Assembly: GCA_012295275.1 (NCBI GenBank)
Contig: CM022673.1
Coordinates: forward strand, 17,670,001-17,734,000
Direction of reading: 5' to 3'
DNA from: Chrysomallon squamiferum
Taxonomy: Eukaryota > Animalia > Mollusca
DNA length: 64,000 bases
The notes under the pieces are model-generated. The model saw nothing but the letters and a program-made list of their open reading frames with translations, ran no database searches and was not told the DNA's origin. Of this stretch, positions 14,401 to 27,300 are shown piece by piece. The translations under genes and the position numbers were made by a program. Position 1 is the stretch's first letter, and every line of letters starts with the position of its first letter.

Positions 14401-16519
14401 TTAAATTTTATATTTGTTTTTTAAATTAGAAAATAAAAGAAAATAAACTTGTAGTAAAACTGCTCTAACTCACTTTAGGCTCGTCGTGTTCAGAGTGTTT
14501 AAACTCTAGCTGAGATGACACAGATCTGCCAAGAACAGAAAGGATGGCAGATTTCATGTCTGGCATTACATTTTTCTGCCACAGAGTTTCCTTGTTGTGT
14601 CGAAATATGATACGCACTTGAGGACAGATGATTCCAAATGAAATGAGAAGATCTTCAGTTTTCTTCAGTTCTTCTTTCTTTTTCTTATTAGTGTTGTAAT
14701 AGTGTTTCCGGACAGGTAAATTCTTGAATAAATTTGATGCCACAATGAGAGTGCCTGGAAGACAGAAAGAAAAGAAAAACAAACAATAATACAGTGATAC
14801 CTTGACTTATGAGTGCACCAACTTACAAGTTTTCTGAGTTACAAGCATTTGCTCGGTTGATTTTTTGTTTTGAGTTGTGGGCCAAAATCCAAGTTACGAG
14901 CAATCTTCATATACACTGCCACTAGTTGGTGCAACAAACAAATCAATGTTTTGTGCAGTATTTTGCCAAATTTCTTTTTTCTGACCATGGATCCTAAGAA
15001 ATTGATGTGTAAAGGACACTGCTGAGAAGAAGAAGCAGAAGATGTCTATTGAATTAAAGCATGAAATTACAAAAAAACATAAGCAAGGTTTGCATGTAGT
15101 CAACTTGGCTAGGCAGGAGAAGCATAGTACTTCTAAAATATGTACCATACTGAAGCAGGAGTTGATAAAAGCCATAACTCCAGCCAAAGGAATTAAATTA
15201 ATTTGTCTGATCTCCAAGATAAATACACTTTACAAAACCAATTTATTTCTTTTTATTCTCTTTCATTTTATTTTTATACCATATTTGTCATTTATAAATA
15301 TATTTTTCTTATTTAAAAACATGTTACAAAAACAATGGTGTTGTTTTTGGGGGCTGGAACGGATCAATGGTATTTCAATTCATTTCAGCTGGGAAAACTG
15401 ATTTGATATACAAGCAAATTGAGTTACGAGCTCGCTCATGGGACAAATTAAACTCATAAGTCAAAGTACCACTGTATTTAGAAATTAAACAGCATGCAGA
15501 AATGGTGCTAAGTGTGGAGACAGACAGATAGATAGATACAGATATAGATATATTTATAGATATTCAAAAATTCAGAAAAACACAAAGAGAAAATTGTTAC
15601 TGTTACAAAGATATATTAAAAAATAAATAAATAAAATATAAATACAGTGGAATGTCACTGATTATCATATTTACTGATTCTTTAGTCTTCATATTTTGCG
15701 TATATAAAACTAAAATATTTAAATCTGCATTATATATATGTGTGTTTGCATATATATATATATTTTTTTTCTTTCTTTTTTTCAATAATATGTTAATGCC
15801 ATTAAGCACCAATCTGAAATTAATCAATAAATATATCAGTCCAAACCATTTCCAAGATGTGATGGCTTTTCATTCACTATAGCTCCATTACTGGCCAAAT
15901 CATATGTCATTCCAATTTCATCATCTGATGTTTTGGTTGTTATGGAAACATCAGCAACAGAACAAAGGGAAGCTGTAAAATTAAAGAGAGTTTACTGTTA
16001 GCTAAATATTAAAATGATAACTATTCCCTAATCTTAATTAATATTAAGTTGTTTTCAAAATATTTACTGCATTTCTTCAGACATCTGTTATTATTTAATA
16101 ATGTAGACACAAAAACTTACATACAAAAAATACATATTCAAACACTCACAAAACACACATTCAAATACACAAACTTTTACAGTTAATTAACTAACCTAGA
16201 GCCTCTCCTCTAAAGCCATAAGATTTTAATTTTTCAAGATCTGCATGTGATATTATTTTTGATGTGTAATGTTGCTTAGCAACAAATGGGATGTCACTTT
16301 TGCCGATACCTTTCCCATTGTCACGTACTTCAATTCTGTCAAGTCCAAAGTTCTCCTGAAGAAAATGAAAAAAGATCACCTGAGAATACTTATTATTTAC
16401 TTTTTGTAAATCTATTTGTCTAAATAACCATTATTAAATAACTTAGTTTGTTCTTATCAGTGAAGTTAAAATAACACTAACTCCATAACAACATAATAAG
16501 CATAAGCTATACATATTAT

Positions 16520-16551
<32 letters not shown>

Positions 16552-16954
16552 CCAAACAAACACATATATAATTTTAATTTAGTATTACTATTTTAATTAT
16601 TTTTAATTAGTACTTTCGTTTTCTCTAAAAAAGTACCATTCTATAATTATGTCATAAATCCAATATAATGTAATTATCTTTTCAGTTAAATGACTGATCA
16701 TATTCATGATATTCTATAATTAATTATTCCAGAATTTCAGGATTTGTAATGATTAATTCAATAATTGAATACTTCTAATTGTTTTATGGGCGATATCAGC
16801 TAGATCATACCAATTTAATGTCAATATTAGTTGATTCTGCATCTAAAGCGTTTTCAATGAGTTCTTTTATCACGCTGAAAACCGATGTTATCACTTGAGT
16901 GCTGCCAATCAGCCGAACGGTATCTGCTGGTAATTCGGTTAACACTCCCGCCAT
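8389..16954 (-). CDS. PMS1: PMS1 homolog 1 (MutL family, with HMG box), 16 coding exons, ~1055 aa
   Basis: Exons (minus): 16954-16811, 16355-16196, 15972-15847, 14754-14474, 14092-13970, 13822-13682, 13383-12424, 12219-12100, 11720-11618, 11258-11144, 10874-10811, 10462-10320, 10165-9971, 9403-9273, 9122-8962, 8589-8389; total 3168 nt with consistent phases. GHKL ATPase motifs ([48 protein letters not shown]), HMG box ([18 protein letters not shown]...[17 protein letters not shown]), and a PMS1-type C-terminus ([19 protein letters not shown]...CLHDKPFFH) without the DQHA endonuclease motif. Confidence 0.93.
14792..15474 (+). mobile_element. Nonautonomous Tigger/pogo-type (Tc1/mariner superfamily) DNA transposon, 683 bp, in PMS1 intron 3
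   Basis: 23-bp TIRs: left CAGTGATACCTTGACTTATGAGT, right (reverse complement) CAGTGGTACTTTGACTTATGAGT, 2 mismatches. TA target duplications at 14790-14791 and 15475-15476. The internal ORF 15042+ ([39 protein letters not shown]) resembles the CENP-B/psq-type HTH of Tigger transposases; no DDE domain is present. Confidence 0.85.
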
Positions 16955-17522
16955 GAGGAAAGTTACTTTAAACGGAAGTAAACATTGCAGGTGTCGTTTG
17001 ATGGTGTGAAATTTCCCCCATAACAGTAAGAGTATCACCAAAATTGGTTTCTCTCCTACAGGTGATTATAAAAGCTTTATTTAGATATTTTCGGATTAAC
17101 AGCGATACAGTATCATTTGCTATTCAAAGATTTAAAAACATGTATCAAAATTTATTTACTTTCAATATGTTAGGAATAACAGAAGCATGACTACATATTA
17201 AATTTACTGATTGCAATGTTTTATTATTTAAATATATTTGTTTTCCCACTTTAAATAGTGAAATTTATTTTCCCCTCTTAATATTTTTAATTATGTTAAG
17301 AAAAAATGCAGACTTAAAACTGAACAGTTGAATTTACGTGTAAGAAATATTTTTAGGCATGCTTCTGGAAATAAAATAAATTTTAGCCTCTATGAAACAC
17401 AGATTTCTGTTTTGTTAACAATTGTGACTGATCAAGACTACTTCAATTGAACAACGCATGCGCTACCGAGTGCTGACTACGACTGTTACGATCGGACTTG
17501 TTTGTTTTGAACTTTATGCAAG
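16955..17522. promoter_or_regulatory. Putative bidirectional promoter between PMS1 and ORMDL, including the probable non-coding ORMDL exon 1 (donor AG|GTACGT at 17522/17523)
   Basis: Divergent gene starts about 0.5 kb apart with local retention of CpG. ETS/GABP core CGGAAGT at 16973-16979, NRF1-like CGCATGCGC at 17455-17463, YY1-like CCGCCAT overlapping the PMS1 ATG. Confidence 0.6.
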
Positions 17523-17949
17523 GTACGTATTTTGTTTAATGTTGTGTTAAATAAACTTATTGATTGATATATTAGTTCACTGATATTTGTATTTTACATG
17601 TCTGGTGTGTCTGATATTCTAATTTTGTTATTGCGTAAAATTACGATGCTACATTTATTATATTTGAATTATCGGTTATTCACTACGACTCGTCGACTGT
17701 TGACATTTTTCCGAAAAGATAATGCTGCTATAAACCAACGAAAGAAGATAGTTTAACAAGTTAATGTTTTACCTTTCGCCCAGAATAAATTAAAAGTAAT
17801 AATGTATTCTGGTTATTTTCATCTTGAATCAATGAATGTGAAAATGAAAACACTATAACAGGCATATTGTTACATTGTCACGATTGTGTATATTTTACAT
17901 CTTTGTAACAATTTGTTTAATCATTAATAAATGTTTTAAAATTATTAAA

Positions 17950-17991
<42 letters not shown>

Positions 17992-18188
17992 TAGCCAGAA
18001 TTTAATATCGATAATAAACAGTGACAACAGTATTACCAAAATGTAAAAAAAAACCTAAAAAAAAACCTTATATAAACAAATTAATCATAATTTATTTTTA
18101 GAAATATGAACTTTGGTCATTAGTATTGAATCTTTAGAAAATAAAACTTAGAAAAAAGATAAGGCTGCTTAATAGTTAATTTGAAAAT

Positions 18189-18191
<3 letters not shown>

Positions 18192-18279
<88 letters not shown>
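18192..18279. repeat. (CT)n microsatellite upstream of the first ORMDL coding exon
   Basis: Perfect dinucleotide run of ~88 bp ending ~35 nt before the acceptor at 18314. Confidence 0.95.
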
Positions 18280-18282
<3 letters not shown>

Positions 18283-18342
18283 ACTGTATGAGTGTATGAC
18301 ATTGTTATTTTCAGAGTGTGTTATGGGCAGTAGTTGACAACA

Positions 18343-20023
18343 ATGAATGTTGCAGTGGCCCATGGAGACAGCAATCCGACTCACTCATATTTGAACAGCA
18401 AGGGAATATGGCTGACCTACATACTGATTATATTTGTGTCACATCTCCTCATCCTCAGTGTACCCTTCTTCAGCATGGCTCTTGCCTGGACCCTCACCAA
18501 TGTCATCCATGATATTGTATGTTGCTCATTATACATTTACCATTTTATAAATTAAAAAAAATAATAATAAAAAGAATCTACAGAGAGCTATGACATATAT
18601 AATAGGAGCAGCTATTTGGTATGCTTTTTCCCATTCCAGCCAGTGTTACATGCCATGTTTATCAAATCCAAACTTTCTCATCTCACACTACACTGAACAA
18701 GACCATTAATTTGCCAAAGTATGCTTCATATACTTTAAAGTAAGATTTTACAATGTAGAAAATAAGCACTGAGACTGTGTTTAAAAGATCATGAATTAAT
18801 TTTCAAAGCTCTATATATATAGTGAAATTGCTGTGTGATACATGTTTTCTATTTACAAAAAGCTTAAAGAGGAGAAGAAATTTTGTTTATAAAATATATA
18901 AAACATAATTTTTCTATACATCAGACCTTTGTGTCTTGACACACTGGTTAAAAATCACTGGTGTGTGAGTATGAGAATATTTTAAATGATCACCATCTAA
19001 CTCCAATTTTAGTGACAAATATTTTAGATTTTTATTTTTTAAATTTAGTTCAAATTTTCCATCTACATTTTCAAAATCAAAATCTCTGAGCACATTTTGA
19101 GAAAATAGTTTCTGCTTCTAAATTAAAATATTTCGATTTTTCTCAGATATCAGTTTAGTTTGCATGTATGCCAGTGATATATAAACAAATAGCAGAATAG
19201 AATGATTGAAATAAATTTTGAATACATTAACATGTTTTGTTTGAAATTTTATGATTAAAAACTTCCTTGACAGTGAAACAGTTTAAGAAGCAGTACTGAT
19301 GTTATTTTTTTTTTTTTTTTTTTAGTGTATGTTTATAATGCTACACATCACAAAGGGGACTCCATGGGAAACCCCAGACCAGGGAGCGGACCGAATGCAG
19401 ACCCAGTGGGAACAGATTGACTGTGGAAAACAGTTCACAGCTACCAAAAAGTTCCTTACTCTTGTGCCAATAGTATTGTAAGTATTCAGTCAACTCAGCT
19501 TTTATTTCAAAGTACCCATTCTAATATATGCAGGGCTTCAAATAACACATGTTTGTTAAAATGTTTTTAAAAATCGGTGTTTAATATTTCTTTTCCACTA
19601 GAACATGTTCCTTTCTTTAAAAACTGTATATTGATGACTGAATGACCTTCCAGCTCCAATCTATTGACAAGTTACATTTTTACAAACATAATCATACAAT
19701 TTTTGATGACGTTCATCAAAATTTGACAATGTGCATCTCACTGACTCTAAAAAAAAAAGGTTGGAAAGCTTTATTGTGACACTCTACTAGTACTTAACAC
19801 GAAACAATTGGTGCACAAATATTCTAAGAGTGTTCAAATTGCCATGGAAAGACTCCAAATGTCTGATCATTTCTGTTTTTGTTTCAGGTTTTTTCTTGCC
19901 AGTTTTTACACAAGATATGACAAAACACATTTCATGGTGAACTTTGTCTTTCTGGCTCTGAGCCTCATTCCAAAGCTTCCCCAGCTCCACGGAGTTCGAC
20001 TGTTCGGTATTAACAAATACTGA
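18343..20023 (+). CDS. ORMDL: ORM1-like protein (serine palmitoyltransferase regulator), 153 aa, 3 coding exons
   Basis: Exons 18343-18516, 19326-19477, 19888-20023 (174+152+136 nt): [26 protein letters not shown]...WTLTNVIH...[53 protein letters not shown]...[18 protein letters not shown]. Motifs and length are canonical for ORMDL. Confidence 0.97.
18628..18666 (+). mobile_element. Possible short remnant of a tRNA-derived SINE central domain
   Basis: TTCCCATTCCAGCCAGTGTTACATGCCATGTTTATCAAA resembles, from memory, the conserved central domain (…TTCCAGCCAGTG…ATCAAAGGCC…) of Meta-type SINEs. It is very short and degenerate. Confidence 0.25.
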
Positions 20024-23000
20024 AAACATTCTCCTCCTCGAACAGTGGTTTTTCTTTTTAAACTTCTCCTTTCCTCTTTCCTTCCTGGTTTTTTGAAAGC
20101 AGCTTTGAGATCAATAATTTGTTATCTTACAGTGCTATAAATGTTTATCATCATTTAAAATTTTTGTATTATCATTAAAATGTTTAATTATTGATTAACT
20201 TCTTTTTTTTTTCTTAATCAAAATAATATTTGCATTTATAATCATCTGAAATTTATCAAATGAGTTTACAAAAATGTTCCACTTTCAGAATAAGTGATAG
20301 ACATTGGTATGCAATGAATTCGATAAATTTCATTGATGGTGATTGTGGTATTGTTTGTGGGTTGTTGTTTTTGGGTGGGTTTTTTTAATAATTACTAAGG
20401 ATATTAACAGTTATTTTTATCTCTTTTTTATTTTATTTTAAAAGAAATTTTTGGGATGCCAAATCTGGTTTTTTTAACTCTGTTTTCTCTGTCTGTCTCT
20501 ATCTGTTTTTGTTGATATTCCTAGTCACAGAATATTTACAATCACCATGTTCAAGAGACATCTGTTCAGTTGTCACAAGATTTTGATAATACTTCATAAA
20601 CAGTCTTGTCACAACAAATATCTAAAATAAAATTTTTGACATCTTAAAGAGACCTGAGTTGAGGGAATGCAAGTCATGCTTTTATTATGTTTTTATTGGG
20701 ACATATTTCAAGTTTCAGAATTGGGAAACACATTCCATTCTTTGGGAGAAACGCAGGACAATTCCAAAAGTGTTGTTTGATACTAACAATAATTTACCAA
20801 TAATTTAAACTTTAATAAACACATACATATTTTAGATTTGTTTAGAATGGTTTCAGGAATGTTCTTTTATTTCATTTTAAACATTCAGAAATTCAAACCA
20901 GCAAACTAGTCTTTACATGTACATACATCATTCTTGAACATTTACAAATATTGATATCTTTAGTGTTTAAAACACTTCTGTACTTAAATAATATTCATGT
21001 CTGAAGTGTAATGCAGCACAAAACAAATAATCTAAATATATGTTGTATATTTCAAGTAGTTTTATTTATTCGTTGAGGTCAGTTTCTGATCATAATAAAA
21101 TATTACAGTAATAATGAATGAACCTGGCAACAATTCAATACTATAATAGGATGAAAAGCTGCCAGTTTCACACCAGATGCAGCAGACATAAACACATCTG
21201 ACATGAACTTGAAGTTTAATATTAACAAAGATTGGTTGCCATTAACAAACATGCTTTGAAGTATACAAATATATTTAAGTTTGTGTGTACCTAGGGGTAA
21301 GATTTTCATGACATATAGATAACAGTATTTTTTTTTTTTTTTTGGCATTAATACAGGTTTATATTTAAGTACTGAACATGCATAAATTTCTTTATATCAT
21401 ATTTTTAATACTAATATTAACCAAACAAAAATACATAGATAAATAATAATCAGCTTTGTCTAATGTATACATTTTGAAGATTAGCCCGCTGTAGTTAAAT
21501 GTATATATTGTATGTACAGAAGTTACATATTCAGTATTAGAGAGGTTCAGCCAAGTTGCTTTCTGTGACATTTCCTATATTTACATCCACTTATTGAAAC
21601 AGTGTTTTACATATTTCTGGTAAATTTTGCAGGATTGTTTTGAAATATTTTAATTCATAATTAATGTGTAAATAATCTGTTTACATAACTTTTGATTGAA
21701 ATAACTGTAACGAAATTGGCCAGCAGTGGTTTTGATAAATACCCATAAACAGACTTTTTGTTCTAGAATGCTTTTCGATGTTTTTGTTTTAAGCTGTATG
21801 TAATAATTTTCTCTGTGCTTCGGTAATGTTTGTCTAGCCTCCATATTTTGATGTTTTTGTTCAGTGATACATATACTGATATTTTTGTTGCTTCAGAACA
21901 ATATATACTTTTTTCACTTAATTTTTAATTATCTTACTTTTTTATTTTTTTATTTCTCTCTGCCAAATCCAACCCCTCCCCACAAAAGCCCCTGCTAAAA
22001 CCTGTTTAGTAATTTCATAATTCAAGTAAAAAGATTTATCATAATTTTTTATTATTATTATTATTCTCAGGCAGAGCCATTGTATCAAAAAATTAAAATA
22101 AATAAATTATATATATTAATAATTATACTTTTAATTATTCCAGTAATATTAATAATTTTTTGCTTTTGGTTTTTGTTTTGTTTAAATGGTTTTCATGCAG
22201 TAATCTATCTTTAAAAAAAAAAATCCATTAATGTTTCTTTTACAGGCTTATTTGGTTTTGTTTACAGCTGGCTATTATTGTGTTTATTTGGATTGTATTT
22301 TTATGGTGTGTGGAGATGCTTTGGTAAAGTTTGCAGCTACTGCTTTATCATTTTATTATTTTCATGATTTTGTTTCGCATTTTGCTTATATAAAGATTAA
22401 CTATAGAAATATTTAGTATTGAGATGAACTCCAAATAGAGTTTTTAAAGCTTTGTTGTCTGCACCTCAGTTTAGGCAGTAATAATTCTAAGCAATGGTGC
22501 TAATTCAGTGAAAATCAAATCAAAATACGTTTCTCTTTAAAATGAGAGAGAGATAAAAAGCAGTTTAAATTAAAGTTGGATATTTTCAATATATAAAAAA
22601 AAAAAAAAAAAAAAAAAGAAAATGCTTTTTACTAAATACTTACTAATTTAATTTCTCCGATTCCCAAGCTGAGGTGACTACTGATAAACACCAGTGATGA
22701 AAAACTTTGTTAATTTGTCAGTTTAAAAAAAAAAAAAAAATGTTAGACTGATCTTGTTGATTATGTTGAATATTACATATTGTATCGCTGAATAAAAAGA
22801 TGAAAGCTACAGTATTTGTCTTTTGTTTGTTTCATAGCCTCTTTACATTCACTGGATTTAGACAGTTACTTTGTTCATCAGTTTGAATATGTACCAGTAG
22901 TGCATGTCTGTGATTCAACACAAAATTATTATGAGAAATTACCATCTCCATTTTTTTTTTTTTTCCCTCATTCAGTTTTCACTGTTAATAATTTCTAAAC

Positions 23001-24370
23001 ATTTCCACCTATCTACTTGTGTTAATACACCTTTTTGGTTTCTGTGGGACTTCTTTTATTTTTTTTTTTTTTTTTTTGTATTCTTTTCTTTAGTGCTGAG
23101 TTTTGATTCTAGCTTTTTGCCTTCTTTTATTTTATTTTTTCTATTTTTATTTATTTATTTATTTATTTATTATCCATAACAAAATTATGCATTCCTCTGT
23201 AATTAAAAGAAATACTGAACTTTTATTATCTTTGAATGAATGATTTCAGAAAAGATGTAGAAACAATAATTATAATAATAAAATAAATAGTAATTTTAAG
23301 TGTAACTAAGAAAAACAAAACTTTTATTAAACGTTTATTTAACAAAATACTGAAAAGCAACAAACATCAAAAGCCAAAGAATAATATTTGCATTATCCAT
23401 TCATTTTTTCATTTTTATGCATGATGCAATTGAAAGACTTAAATATGTAAAATTATAAATATTTCGAAATTTAACAAGTATATCACAGGCATGGTTACAA
23501 AGAACACTTCTATAAAATTTATTATAAAGATACATAATACATTCAAGAAAAACCTATTATAATTTATTATCATATTCTTGCATTCAGAGCAGTAACATTA
23601 TTCTGATATAGTAAACTACCTTATGACATGGCCATAGGGAGATTCTGTGAGTCTGTCAAACTGTTTTCAAGTCTTTTTACATATATATATATATATATAT
23701 ATATATACTATGGCTTTTTAATATATATTACAAGTCATTTGAATATATCTACAAGTTATGAATCTTCTAGGTTTGACTAATATCTTTTACTTCATTTCAA
23801 ATAATAAATGTAAAATGAAGCCTTGCTTGTTAACATTAAAATACATAATATCATTACTGCACACATAATTTCAAATTAAACTGTTCTCTAGGTAGTGTTT
23901 GCTTTCTTATTTTAACTAATTTTTCCAGTTTCTGGTTTGATAAAATAAATGTAATATTTATATAAAATCTTGAACATACTAATAATAAATATTATTTCAT
24001 CTAATTAACTGCAGAGGAAATTAGGGACTTTATATATTTAGTATGTAATGTAACTGATATGTATATTAATATAGTACTTAAATATGACTCAACATGTTTT
24101 ACATATGATTGAAATCTTTTTCCCCACTTTGTAGCCATCACAAATCAGAAATACTGGTTCTTATCATTAAACACAAAGAATAACATCCTCTTTTTGATTC
24201 TAAAAAGCAATAAGCATGTTGAAACCTTCAGTCCATCATATAAAAGCTACAATAATATTTATAAATATTAAAAACAAATATAACATGGGAGACAACTCTA
24301 GAATACGTCAAGATCACCCTGAAAAGATACCTTCTCTTGAATTACCCTTAGCAAATTTCATTTTAGATTC

Positions 24371-27300
24371 CTAACTGACTGAATATTCAAACACAGGGAA
24401 CCAGATGAAGTTAAAAGTAAAAGAAATGGCTTCCTGTACCACATTCCTGTACAAGTCTTGATCATCTTCTAGCAGTGTCATGGAAATCTGGTCAGCACGG
24501 TTTAAAGATGTTATTGATGTTAGTTTTAACTTGGGACTTGAAGTGCCAAGGTTGCCTGTGAGGGTTGCATTAAACTTAACCTCATCACCCTGATCCAGAG
24601 CTTGGATTGTACTGTTAAAATTGTGACCAGCACTTACCTTGAGTACAGTGTTGTTAATTTTAACAGAAAGTTCAAACTGATATTTATCATGGTTTTTGAC
24701 ATGGCAGTCATTACCATGTGACTTCACTAGAAGACAAATTTCCCTGTCGTGTGTATCAGATATCTGTGCACAATCTCCAAACCTGACTCCAAAAATACAT
24801 TTAAGTGGTTTGGTGATGATGGAAGGCAAACTGCCAAACACTGACTCAGCTGTGTTTTCTGTTTTTACAATGTTCACAGCCTGCAGGTTCCCAACCCATG
24901 TTACTTTCATGCCTGTCAAATGACTACATTTTATCTGAGTTTGGGAAATGTGTTCTGTACCTCGGGGAATACACAGAGTAGAATATATGTCCCATGTCAG
25001 AGGTGCAGAATGCTTAGTCTCAAAAGAAGGCAGTTTGACAAAAATCAGAGGGACAATTGCCAAAAGAGAAAACAGTATCATGATAACCTTTTTAGGGATG
25101 CCAAGTTTGGCATCAAACTGTTTGCCAAAGATGTGTTTGGTCTGAGTGAGAAGTGCAGGAACAGCCAACAGACAGAAAGTGATGATGACTTTTCCAATCA
25201 TAGCTGACTGGATGGCTTTGTACACTGCAAACCCTGCAATTCCTAGAAAACCCACAAAACTGACGGGTAGAATAAGAGGAAGAAGAAGATAACCAAAAAC
25301 TGCCCTAATGAGACCAAGCCATGTTGTGTATGGGAAAGTTGACGTGAAGAAGTTCCACCAGAAATAACAGACAAGATGTGGAATGAGAACTCGGTATGTT
25401 CCCTGCCAGGATTTCTGCATTGCCATTCTCAGAAAGAACAGAGGGATGATAGCATAAGCCACTGATGGAAAACTAACATTAAGTTTCACTCCGAACCCCA
25501 AGTCAAAGGCCAGAAATGGTTGAGTGAACAAACTGACAGCCTGTTTCAAACCAGGTACATTGGGAACATGCAGGAAAACAGGAAGTGATGCCATAAAGTT
25601 AGCAACCATGGCAGATATTGTTACTTTGTCATGATGGTCACTTAAACCAAAGAAACAAAATCCAGTCATCACCAAGGAAACTATACAAATCTCTGCACAG
25701 GGTATATAGGACTTGTTAGCTACTGAGAATGATGCTATAGCAATCAGCAGATTAACAAAAAATATTAAATATGGCGTCAGTGAATTCCACGTATACTGTG
25801 ACTCTGTTTTGTCAATATCAATTGTTACATCGTACTCTTTCAGGATGTTTGCCAATGTTGTTGCTTCTGTTCTTTTCTTTTTCTTGTAAAACATTTGCAG
25901 AGTAGATATGACTAGGGCAATGAAAGCCAAGTAAAAGATGCACAGGGGAAGAAGAAAGAGTAGGAAAGCAGGAGTAAGAAAACTGTAGATGAAGAGTAGA
26001 CCAAGGAGATAGAGTTGATTTGTGGGTATCAGAGATATCACCCAGTCCATTCCTTGCTTCGAGGAAAACTCCAGAGCCTGGTCAACAATGACAGAGACTG
26101 TCTGCTTTGGATACTTCAGAATCTGTAAAAAAAAAAAAAAAAAATTACTTGTAACTTTCTGTGATTACTGTTTAAACAAATCTCAGATATCTGCATCTAT
26201 ATTAATATCAAAGCAAGTGATTAATTCAATTTTATGTTACATCAAATTAAAAGTTTATTTGTATAAGAACACAATGGCATCAGACCTCCAAATACTTACT
26301 TGTGTTCAGAATACTATTTAAAATCATCTAGAATTACAATTAACCCTAAGAGATGATTTCTGGTTTTCTGATTATGAGTTACATGTAAATAATTTTTTTT
26401 TTTTTTTTTTTTTTAACTTACTCTTGTCACATATCCAGCTGATTCATATGACACATTTGTTTCAGCAAGCTCTTCTGATGTTAGAGTTATCGTTCCTTGG
26501 ATTCTTTTGGAGAGCATTTTAACAAAATCATTTTCTGTTATGCTGTCACCTATCTTCTTACCTGAATAATAACAATGAAACAACAGATGATTTGTTAATT
26601 AAAAATAAACAGTAATTTAATTTAATAAGGAAAGACGGACAATATAAAAATATTTTTTGACTTAATATTTGTATTTCCTTCAGTTTTGTTGATATTATTG
26701 AAACCAAAAGAAAGAAATTTTATTGTTATTATTATTATACTAAACTGATTAATAATAAATTAATGTGAAACATCTGCACCTAATCATTAATATGCCATGA
26801 CAGGTATTTCAAAGTAAATTTATTCCTGTTTAACACACTGTAAATGAATACTTACAGCTAAGTGATGACTCTCCCATGGAGAAATCACAGCAGAAGATTT
26901 AGTGTATCATGTCATCATTATAAAATAATAATTTTTAAACTATTCTATTATTAATCTGAGGTTCACCTGCAGCCATTAATAACTTCTGTTCCTGAATTTT
27001 ATCAGTTACTGACTTCACAGCACCAAAGTATTCCTCACGGGAGATAACTCCTTTGTGTGTTGTGTTCATACGATGGAACAAGTTACGAGCTGCTTGGCGA
27101 ATGTGCTTTTCACTGGATGAAGTTTTCAAACACCAGCTGATATCATAGGCTCGACTTTCATCAATTTCTATGAATAAATAAATATTTAAAATTATGTTAA
27201 ATGATTTTGTAACAGAAGTGGTACATTAATTTTATAACAAAGAAAGATATGTTTTAATTTAATTCTTTTACATTATTTACTAAAGTGACATTTAAAGGTG

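Noticed and set aside
8389-16954. Calling the MutL gene PMS2 or MLH1
   Set aside because: HMG box present, DQHA motif absent, and the C-terminus is PMS1-type.
21650-21844. 64-aa minus-strand ORF between ORMDL and WFS1
   Set aside because: No family motif and no supporting exons; likely chance ORF in UTR or intergenic DNA.
24696-25207. + strand ORFs inside the WFS1 terminal exon, and similar antisense ORFs over PMS1 exon 7 and KLHL10 exon 1
   Set aside because: Antisense shadows of real coding exons.
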